From a virus, in IMG/VR virus record IMGVR_UViG_3300010430_000017, positions 1-64,000 of that record: a stretch of DNA of 64,000 nucleotides; one strand, given 5' to 3'. How positions within the stretch are numbered: position 1 is the first letter of the stretch; each line of letters opens with the position of its first letter. Shown one piece after another: positions 10,815 through 18,338 of this stretch. Made by a program: the position numbers and the translations under genes. The notes under the pieces were generated by a model, which saw only the letters and a program-made list of their open reading frames with translations, was not told the DNA's origin and searched no databases.

Positions 10815-12200
10815 ATGAAAAGATACATAGTAAGAATAAAGAATCCACAAGTAAGAGATATCCTGGTGAATACTTTTGAGAAAGTGGGTAATCCCAAGTC
10901 TCTCCTTAATTCTATTATTGTTAGTACTGATCTCCCCAAGAACCATATAGAGCAAATACCGGGTGTTGTATCTGTCACAGAGGACTTGCCTATCACTTTC
11001 TCCGGGACTCAAACAAACCCTCCTAATTGGGCTTTACCTGTTGTATGCAATGATCCTTTTGACTACATTTACAACAAAACAGGTAAGGATGTTGATATTT
11101 ATTTTGTGGACAAAGGAATCAAGGAATCTCATATTGAATTTCAAGGTATCAATAGCTCAAGAGTACAAACAATCTATTCCCAAAGCGGGGGTGATGTTTA
11201 TTACACAAATACTCATGGGACTTGTTGTGCATCCCAAGCAGCAGGTAATACTTGCGGAGTAGCTAAAGAAGCTAATATTCTTAATGTTGTTGTCTGGTTG
11301 GATGTAACCTCGTATGTGTTAATAGCTCTTGATAGATTGCTTGATCATCATCTTAATAAAACTAATAACAACCCCAGTATCCTTAGTATGAGTTTTAATT
11401 CCACTGATCCTCTGTTTCTTAAGGATGAGATTAATGATTTAGTCTCTCATGGAATTATATGCGTTGGGAGTGCAGGAAATGAAACACAGTCTTCTGCACA
11501 AGCTCCTGCTTGTCATGATCATGTAATTGGTGTTGGTGCTACTGATAGTAGTAATACTCTTTGTTCTTTCTCCAACTACGGAGCAGATGTGGATATACTT
11601 GCTCCTGGTTATTATAATTGGTGCGCTGACCTTGATGGATATAGTACAACTCATTACGGATCTTATTACGGTACAAGTTTCGCTTGCCCATTAGTCACAG
11701 GAGTTCTTGCTCTTATTGCTGAAGATAGACAGATTAATGATATTACTGATGTTGAGGTTGTAACTTCTATTTTGTTAACTTCAGCAAGACAAGTAGCAGT
11801 AATTCCTTCCAACAAACCAACAACCAATAAACTTTTGTACAGCCTTCCTTCAGTACTCTCAGGGAATATCTATCTTGGTAAGAATAACCAGAATATAGAT
11901 ATCTCAAATAGTGGTGCTTTTGTGTTCGGTAGCGGAGGGTACGAGAGTATTAATATCTTATCCGGTGTTGTAGGAATTACAATTGATGGCCTTGTAGAAC
12001 AAATTAATTTCGTGGGTGATATCTCTGAGTATGCTTTTCTACAGAGAGATGGCAAAGCTCTTATCTACAGAGATACTCTTTTGATTTCTATCATATCAGT
12101 CCAAAGTGATACTAAACTTGTCTTCAATGAGGATCATATCCTTAGTAGAGTTGGTTGGGATTTAGCTTTGGATGGAACTTTATTACCAAAGGAACAATAA
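10815..12200 (+). CDS. S8 subtilisin-like serine protease with extra C-terminal domain
   Basis: Catalytic triad motifs YFVDKGI, HGTCCASQAAG and GTSFACPLV; oxyanion SAGN; FSNYG..VDILAPG; RBS AAGGAG. Confidence 0.92.
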   Translation: MKRYIVRIKNPQVRDILVNTFEKVGNPKSLLNSIIVSTDLPKNHIEQIPGVVSVTEDLPITFSGTQTNPPNWALPVVCNDPFDYIYNKTGKDVDIYFVDKGIKESHIEFQGINSSRVQTIYSQSGGDVYYTNTHGTCCASQAAGNTCGVAKEANILNVVVWLDVTSYVLIALDRLLDHHLNKTNNNPSILSMSFNSTDPLFLKDEINDLVSHGIICVGSAGNETQSSAQAPACHDHVIGVGATDSSNTLCSFSNYGADVDILAPGYYNWCADLDGYSTTHYGSYYGTSFACPLVTGVLALIAEDRQINDITDVEVVTSILLTSARQVAVIPSNKPTTNKLLYSLPSVLSGNIYLGKNNQNIDISNSGAFVFGSGGYESINILSGVVGITIDGLVEQINFVGDISEYAFLQRDGKALIYRDTLLISIISVQSDTKLVFNEDHILSRVGWDLALDGTLLPKEQ

Positions 12201-12547
12201 TGAGATTAGGAGATAAACAACGAGAGTTCACTAAGTGCATTGGCATCTTGATTAATTATGCTACCGCTAAAGGCTATGGATTAACCTTCGGGGATGCATA
12301 CAGAGATAAAAGAGTACATGGTGACTCCGGGATCAAGAAATCCTACAGTAGTGCCAATTCAGTGCATAAATTAAGGCTTGCTGTCGACTTTAATTTGTTT
12401 GTTGATAATAAGTACATCTCCGATGGTAATCACTTAGTATGGAAAGAATTAGGTACTTTCTGGGAGTCCCTTAATAAATATGCAAAATGGGGTGGAAGAT
12501 TCGGTGATGGGAACCACCTGAGCTTTGTACATAACGGATATAAATAG
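12200..12547 (+). CDS. M15-family endolysin (L-Ala-D-Glu peptidase-like)
   Basis: Motifs GDAYRD, SVHKLRLAVD and WGGRFGDGNH; TAATG overlap gives start 12200. Confidence 0.85.
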   Translation: MRLGDKQREFTKCIGILINYATAKGYGLTFGDAYRDKRVHGDSGIKKSYSSANSVHKLRLAVDFNLFVDNKYISDGNHLVWKELGTFWESLNKYAKWGGRFGDGNHLSFVHNGYK

Positions 12548-12555
12548 GAGAGAGT

Positions 12556-12720
12556 ATGCAAGATCATTTGTTCGATGATAAAAACTTAGTCATTTTCTCT
12601 ATATTGGTTTTAGGGATTTGTGTTATCTTTGCTCCTTCTCTTACTCCTGCTGCTGCTGAGATTGTACAATCATTCGGTACAGGTCTTTTTGGGATTGCTG
12701 TGGGGAGAGCTACTAAATGA
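12556..12720 (+). CDS. Putative holin (54 aa, two hydrophobic segments; not in the ORF track)
   Basis: RBS AGGAG; MQDHLFDDKNLVIFSILVLGICVIFAPSLTPAAAEIVQSFGTGLFGIAVGRATK; lies between endolysin and lipase with an ATGA overlap. Confidence 0.55.
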   Translation: MQDHLFDDKNLVIFSILVLGICVIFAPSLTPAAAEIVQSFGTGLFGIAVGRATK

Positions 12721-13292
12721 GTAAAGAACTCTATCTCTTAGCAGCTAACAAAGTCCTTGATGTGTATTCAGGCAATTGTAAAAACAACAAAAGCACTGAG
12801 TGGAATTCTTATCTGTCGTATTATAATGATAAACCAATACAAGTATTAGCAATAGCAGGAACTAATGATTTAATGGATTGGTTCTGGAATCTTTGTCTTC
12901 TTTCAAAGAATGGTATCAAATATGGTGCTGTAGTAGCTGCTGAGAGGATCTTAGAGAGCTTTAGGAGAGTCCCTGGTGTCCCACTATTAGTTTGTGGTCA
13001 TTCTAAGTCCACGGGCACAGCAGCATACCTCAGTAGTACCCTCAGTGCTGAACATTGCGTGATGTTCTGCCCCATCAAGTGCTACAGAGAAAGTACTTAT
13101 CTTCCTAATGGAATTATATTTCTCGACAGGGATGACCTTGTTCCTAAAGTCGGATGGAGTAGATTTGTATTACCTTCTTGTAAGACAATCTACTTACCAT
13201 CGGATAAGAAGTGGTACAACATCAAAGGAAAGATACAGGATCATGGTTTAGTTCATATAAAAGAATACATTATCAATAACATGGAGGCTTAG
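12717..13292 (+). CDS. Class-3 lipase-like alpha/beta hydrolase
   Basis: AIAGTN...DW, LVCGHSKS nucleophile elbow, DLVPKV and C-terminal DH. Confidence 0.7.
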   Translation: MSKELYLLAANKVLDVYSGNCKNNKSTEWNSYLSYYNDKPIQVLAIAGTNDLMDWFWNLCLLSKNGIKYGAVVAAERILESFRRVPGVPLLVCGHSKSTGTAAYLSSTLSAEHCVMFCPIKCYRESTYLPNGIIFLDRDDLVPKVGWSRFVLPSCKTIYLPSDKKWYNIKGKIQDHGLVHIKEYIINNMEA

Positions 13293-13293
13293 T

Positions 13294-13896
13294 ATGCGCA
13301 ACATCCTAACTGTAATTTTTATAGTACTCCTCGCGGGATTATTTAGTTGTAGTTCAAAGACTGTGACTATCATGCCCGATGGAACTAAGATTGTTCAGAC
13401 AATCACTAATGAGAAAGCTTTTTATGAACTACAGGAAAAGTTATCCACGGAATCAAACAAAGCTCCTAAACCCATAGCCCTTATTCCCCAGAGTAATGGT
13501 ACTGTTATTACGTTGTATTCACAAATACCACAACAGAAAACTAAAGCTGTACAACACAAGAATCAAATTATTAAACCCCTTGCTGATGTCATAACTAAAG
13601 GTATTATTGGTTACGCTGCTGTCGAAGTTGTTAAAGCTGTAAAATCCGATAACATTAATGTATCAGGTGAAAACAATAAAGTTACAGTTGATAAATCAGA
13701 AAGAATAGATGTACAGACTAATCATGCAGAAGATTCAAGTTCTCTGACTCAGGATAGCGACAATGATTCTTCTACTGATGATCATTCCGATAATAGTGAT
13801 AATAGAACTGATGATAACTCAGTAATAGATCATTCGGACAATAGTGATGATCATTCCACTACTGATGACCATTCAGGAGAAATTACCGAAGAATAA
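13294..13896 (+). CDS. Lipoprotein with acidic D/S/H-rich tail
   Basis: Signal peptide with lipobox-like LFSC; C-terminal (D)DHS repeats. Confidence 0.65.
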   Translation: MRNILTVIFIVLLAGLFSCSSKTVTIMPDGTKIVQTITNEKAFYELQEKLSTESNKAPKPIALIPQSNGTVITLYSQIPQQKTKAVQHKNQIIKPLADVITKGIIGYAAVEVVKAVKSDNINVSGENNKVTVDKSERIDVQTNHAEDSSSLTQDSDNDSSTDDHSDNSDNRTDDNSVIDHSDNSDDHSTTDDHSGEITEE

Positions 13897-13905
13897 AAAT
13901 AGTTC

Positions 13906-13969
13906 TTTACATTCCAATCCGTTTGTTATAGAGTCCTCGTAGATCAACAAGGTTTACGGGGACTTTTTT
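13906..13969 (+). terminator. Intrinsic terminator overlapping a sigma70 promoter
   Basis: TTTACA-17-TAGAGT; hairpin AGTCCTCGTAGA/TTTACGGGGACT followed by a T-run. Confidence 0.75.
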
Positions 13970-13989
13970 ATTTTAACAAGGAGAACATT

Positions 13990-14736
13990 ATGGAATTCAC
14001 TTACAACAACATCACAATCAATTTCAATGACAACAAAATGACTAACCTCACTAATATGTGGAATTCCACAGGGAAGGTTAATCATAAGAAACCTTCTCTT
14101 TGGTTTCAGAAAAGAAGCACAAAGGAACTTATTGAAAAGATTGAAGAAAAAGGAATAGGTCGAAAAAGCGACCTTTTAAAAACAACCAAAGGGCGTTACG
14201 GTGGAACCTTCGCACATTGGCAGATAGCATCAGCATATGCAAAGTATCTCTCTGCTGATCTTCACATTGAATTCAACAAATACATCAAGACTTATATTGT
14301 TGAAGAGGCTTACCCAGAGAAGGGTATTGTAAGGAACATTGAGAATTATAAGAAGAAATACAAAAGACTTGGTAAATCGGATGAGTGGATCAATACAAGA
14401 TTAATTGGTATTACACAGAGGAATGATTTCACAAGTACAATTGGTAAGATTAAAAATCTTGGTAACCATGGTTACGGAATGATTACTGATGATATTAATC
14501 TTATGATCCTTGGGGAGACTGCTAAGAATATCAAAAAGAAAACTGGTGTTAAACAAACAAGAGATGGATTGTCTCCTTCGCAACTCATGTTGATCTCTCT
14601 TGCGGAAGAACTTGCTGCTAAAGCTCTTAACGAAAAAAGTATTGAATGCATCTCGAAAGGAGAGGCTATTGATACTATGCTTGATTCAATCCAGAAACTA
14701 AGTGAAGTTGCTGAACCTCTTAAATTTAGAAATTAA
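13990..14736 (+). CDS. KilA-N domain DNA-binding protein
   Basis: Motifs NLTNMW, KPSLW, TTKGRYGGTFAHWQIA..YAKYLS; C-terminal GKSDEWINTRL...TRD region. Confidence 0.85.
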   Translation: MEFTYNNITINFNDNKMTNLTNMWNSTGKVNHKKPSLWFQKRSTKELIEKIEEKGIGRKSDLLKTTKGRYGGTFAHWQIASAYAKYLSADLHIEFNKYIKTYIVEEAYPEKGIVRNIENYKKKYKRLGKSDEWINTRLIGITQRNDFTSTIGKIKNLGNHGYGMITDDINLMILGETAKNIKKKTGVKQTRDGLSPSQLMLISLAEELAAKALNEKSIECISKGEAIDTMLDSIQKLSEVAEPLKFRN

Positions 14737-14739
14737 TAC

Positions 14740-14803
14740 TTGACATTACGATCTGTTTGTAATAGAATCCCCTTATGGAAATCCATTTGGGGATTTTTGT
14801 TTT
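14740..14803 (+). terminator. Intrinsic terminator overlapping a sigma70 promoter
   Basis: TTGACA-17-TAGAAT; hairpin AATCCCC..ATGG/CCAT..GGGGATT followed by a T-run. Confidence 0.75.
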
Positions 14804-14842
14804 GAGGATGTAAAGAGTATAATATATTAAGCGGTGTGACCT

Positions 14843-15049
14843 ATGCATAGACAAAAAACATGCGGCAACTGCATCAATTTTGTGCGGATACAAGGATGGG
14901 GTCGTTGGAGAAATGGCTTATGTGATTGGAATGATTACAACTGCCACACTGATTGCCCCGCCGGAGATTGCAAGGGGTATAGACCAACATTTTATAACAA
15001 GCAGGCCGAAAGGCGTGTAATTCGACAAGAGCTAAAATCAATTTATTAG
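14843..15049 (+). CDS. Small Cys-rich hypothetical protein
   Basis: CxxC and further Cys residues; lies downstream of a promoter. Confidence 0.5.
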   Translation: MHRQKTCGNCINFVRIQGWGRWRNGLCDWNDYNCHTDCPAGDCKGYRPTFYNKQAERRVIRQELKSIY

Positions 15050-15210
15050 AATATAAAATATACAGGAGACAAAATGGGGACTACCTGTTACGTGTGCCAA
15101 AAAGAAACTAACGTCAGTATGAAATCAACAGAATTATTCGTCATGTTTGGATATTACTTTTGCTGCGAGGAATGTTTAATGAAATACATTGAATATATTG
15201 AAGAAAATAA

Positions 15211-15525
15211 ATGAAGCCTGAAGAAAGATCAACAGAACAATTGTGCAGGCACTATGTTACATATTCTTATATGTACTACCAGCTGGATTGCAGTGTCATT
15301 TCCGACACTGATTTTGATATGTATTGCAAAGAACTTCTAAAAAGATACAATGAGATATCCGAGTACTGGAAGAGATTTATCTCAAAAGAATCCTTGACAG
15401 CTGGAAGTGGTTTTGATATAAACTTCATAGAATTACCCACAAGAATTAAAGTAATAGCTTATACTTTGAAAGATAAAATAGATACTTGTGGAAATGAAAT
15501 TAAAATGGAGGATTGGTTGGGATGA
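15211..15525 (+). CDS. Stand-alone NAD-dependent ligase domain Ia (Nlig-Ia)-like protein
   Basis: YMYYQLDCSVISDTDFD..CKEL matches the LigA Ia motif YY..D.P.ISD..YD. Confidence 0.75.
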   Translation: MKPEERSTEQLCRHYVTYSYMYYQLDCSVISDTDFDMYCKELLKRYNEISEYWKRFISKESLTAGSGFDINFIELPTRIKVIAYTLKDKIDTCGNEIKMEDWLG

Positions 15526-16166
15526 GTAATAAAGATAATAATAAATTAGTATTAGCATTACAAAGCTTGCTTGAGCACTTTAGTTGCCTACCTTGCAAAT
15601 CACACTGTGAAAGTTTTAATCTTAAAGGAAATTGTGAAGGGTGTGGGGCGTTACGGGATGTTGAGCATGCACAAGCATTACTTAATGAACAATTTAATAA
15701 GGAGAAACCTATGGAAGAAGAATATGAAGTAGTTAAGTCTTTTACGATTATGGATCTCTATAGGACGAGACCTTTGGTTGCTGCTATGTACAGACCTTCT
15801 TATAATAGAAACTTTTACGATATCATGGAGAATGTTTTCTCACAAGTTGATAAGGAGTATTGGGAAATGCAAGAATATATCATGTGCATGGAGGATGTTA
15901 GACAAGCTGGTTTTGTAGGGAAAGATGCTGAAGAGATGTTAAAAAGGAGAGGATTCATTAAAGAGAAGATCAAAGATATTGTTCTTGAACCAGGGATGAA
16001 AATAGTAAACAAAAGTAACAATATTGTTTTTAGAGTCTGTGCCAGTTCTGTAAGCGGCATGTTGTGGACTGTGAGTTCAAACTCTAATCAGATATATCCT
16101 TGTCAAGAAACATTACGGGAGCAAATTAAAGAGAGTGGCTGTGATTATGAGGTGATTAATGAGTAA
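15522..16166 (+). CDS. Hypothetical protein
   Basis: Colinear ORF; possible internal start at 15711 after AAGGAG. Confidence 0.5.
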   Translation: MSNKDNNKLVLALQSLLEHFSCLPCKSHCESFNLKGNCEGCGALRDVEHAQALLNEQFNKEKPMEEEYEVVKSFTIMDLYRTRPLVAAMYRPSYNRNFYDIMENVFSQVDKEYWEMQEYIMCMEDVRQAGFVGKDAEEMLKRRGFIKEKIKDIVLEPGMKIVNKSNNIVFRVCASSVSGMLWTVSSNSNQIYPCQETLREQIKESGCDYEVINE

Positions 16167-16524
16167 CTTAAAAAGATCAGCACAAAAGAAACAACTGGAG
16201 ACGAGAAAGACAAAGCTAATAGAAGAAGTTAATGCCCTAAAAACTGATCTCAGGGAGGTAGAGAAAAGATTAAGCAATAGGAAGACCAAGATCAAGAGTA
16301 TTGAAGCTTCTCTGAAAGAATTGAATACAACGCCTTATGTCTCCGAGCATGCTCTTTTAAGATATTTAGAAAGAACATTTAACCTGGATCTTGATGCTAT
16401 CAAAGAAAAGATCTTAACCAAGGAATCCAAGTTATTGATTGAGAAATTAGGGAATGGTAAATATCCAATTGAGAATGGAAGGAAAATTATTGTGAAAAAT
16501 AAGTGCGTGGTGAGTGTTGTATGA
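16159..16524 (+). CDS. Coiled-coil hypothetical protein
   Basis: N-terminal coiled coil; VSEHALLRYLER motif. Confidence 0.6.
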   Translation: MSNLKRSAQKKQLETRKTKLIEEVNALKTDLREVEKRLSNRKTKIKSIEASLKELNTTPYVSEHALLRYLERTFNLDLDAIKEKILTKESKLLIEKLGNGKYPIENGRKIIVKNKCVVSVV

Positions 16525-17459
16525 AATATAATCTATATGTCGATTTTGATACAGTTCTATATAGGCAGATTAAGGGCTTACAAAGGGATTATATTGAGGT
16601 TAAGCATGAACCTTCAGGAAGAACAAAGGACTTCAAGAATATAACTGAGTTCAAGGGCAGGAAGAAGACAGAAGTTGGTGGGTGGTTAGGTGATCTTAAT
16701 AAATCAAGAGATTCTCCCTTCCTTCTTAAAGAATTTGAAATTATTCCTAAATCAGAAATAATTGTTGGGGATAGTATTGCACAGAAGAACGTAAGAAACT
16801 ATATTAAAGAGCTTCAGGAACTTCCTTGGGCAAAGGATATAAAACTCTTGATCGGAGGTGATAACAATTTTCGGTACAGTGTTGCAAAGAGTTATAAGTC
16901 CAATAGAGGGCCTAAACCTCTTAGATTTTTGAACATAAGAAAGTGGTTCATAGACGAGTTCAAAGATATTACGACAGTTTGTGACGGTGCTGAAGCAGAT
17001 GATTTTTTGAGTATAGCTGGATGGTATTATTGGAACAAAGATAAAGAGAATTCTGATTTTGTTGCCTGTCATATAGATAAGGATTGTAATACATTCCCAG
17101 GGAAACACTGGAATTATGATAAAAGAGGAGATATATACGAAGTAGATGAATTCACTGCTCATTATAATCTTGCTATCCAGTGCATTGTTGGAGATGGTAT
17201 CGACGGAATTGATTCTGTCCCAAAAGCTAATGATTGTATGACCTTGAGATACCCAATAGGTAAAGGAGGTATAGGCCCAGTAAAAGCAAAGAGAATACTA
17301 AAAGGCTGCAAAACAATAAAAGAGCTTTACAAAGAAGTCGAAGAGGTATATAAATGTTATTACGATAAGGATTATAAAGAACCTTTGAATTTGACTTATA
17401 AATTAGTTCATCTTTTGATAGAAAAAGACAGGATTGATGATTTCCCATTTAGTGGATAG
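16521..17459 (+). CDS. 5'-3' exonuclease (T7 gp6/FEN-like)
   Basis: Motifs VDFD, NFRY..AKSYKSNR, EADD, IDKD, GDGIDGI and GIGPVKA. Confidence 0.88.
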   Translation: MKYNLYVDFDTVLYRQIKGLQRDYIEVKHEPSGRTKDFKNITEFKGRKKTEVGGWLGDLNKSRDSPFLLKEFEIIPKSEIIVGDSIAQKNVRNYIKELQELPWAKDIKLLIGGDNNFRYSVAKSYKSNRGPKPLRFLNIRKWFIDEFKDITTVCDGAEADDFLSIAGWYYWNKDKENSDFVACHIDKDCNTFPGKHWNYDKRGDIYEVDEFTAHYNLAIQCIVGDGIDGIDSVPKANDCMTLRYPIGKGGIGPVKAKRILKGCKTIKELYKEVEEVYKCYYDKDYKEPLNLTYKLVHLLIEKDRIDDFPFSG

Positions 17460-17468
17460 GAGAAGATA

Positions 17469-17831
17469 ATGAACTTAGAAAAATATAAAAATAAACTTAC
17501 AAGACCTAAACTACCGGAACGTAGTTGTCCTGATTGCAAGAGTGGTTTCGGAGTACAAGATAGCTACTGCTCTCAGTGCGGAAAGAATATAAAGAAATAT
17601 TGGGAGGAAGCGACAGCAACACATTCACAAAGGATGCAAACCTACAATGAACATAGTGATGCACTGTTGACTAATTTCCAAAAAGATGTACTTGAGGATG
17701 TTGGCCTCCTTGGTCATAGAAATGCACAAAGAATTTATGAGTTTGCTTGGGCACATGGGCATAGTGCGGGGTTGCATGAAGTGTATTATTGGTTGTTAGA
17801 ACTCTCCGAGTTGTTTGAGGAAGAAGAATAA
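17469..17831 (+). CDS. Zinc-ribbon hypothetical protein
   Basis: CPDC and CSQC; AWAHGHSAG. Confidence 0.6.
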   Translation: MNLEKYKNKLTRPKLPERSCPDCKSGFGVQDSYCSQCGKNIKKYWEEATATHSQRMQTYNEHSDALLTNFQKDVLEDVGLLGHRNAQRIYEFAWAHGHSAGLHEVYYWLLELSELFEEEE

Positions 17832-18013
17832 TGAAATTAATATTCCCAAAGAAAACATGGGTTCAATTAAGAAGAGAGGAATTGGATAAACTAAAACTCC
17901 AATATCTAATAGACTACAAACAAGGGAGTATTTATTGGGAATCTTGGAAACTATGCTGGAGATTACAAAAGAAGATCCCTGGAATGAGAAATAGATATTT
18001 TAGGAGGTATTAA
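17831..18013 (+). CDS. Hypothetical protein
   Basis: TAATG-coupled ORF. Confidence 0.45.
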   Translation: MKLIFPKKTWVQLRREELDKLKLQYLIDYKQGSIYWESWKLCWRLQKKIPGMRNRYFRRY

Positions 18014-18148
18014 ATGAATAATATTTTTAGAATCATGCTTATTATGTTTCTCTGTCTGTGTCTTTGTTCTTGCACAATAAGAAAACACAAAACTGTGATT
18101 GTTGACGGTAAGGAGTACAGAGTATCTTACAGGAGGGTTTATAATTAA
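18014..18148 (+). CDS. Small lipoprotein-like protein (44 aa)
   Basis: RBS AGGAGG; MNNIFRIMLIMFLCLCLCSCTIRK has a hydrophobic core and lipobox-like LCSC. Confidence 0.45.
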   Translation: MNNIFRIMLIMFLCLCLCSCTIRKHKTVIVDGKEYRVSYRRVYN

Positions 18149-18338
18149 TGGGTAAAATATACATTTACTTATACGCAATAAAGTATTATTTTCAAGGTAA
18201 TAGTTGGCAATTTGCAAAAGAGTATGCGGAAAGTGTTGTGAAAGGGTTTATGAGGTGACAACTCTCTGGGTATTCTGGATTATGATTTTAATTATTTGGT
18301 TGTATTATGATTTATTGTGAGTATTTGGAGGAGGTGGT

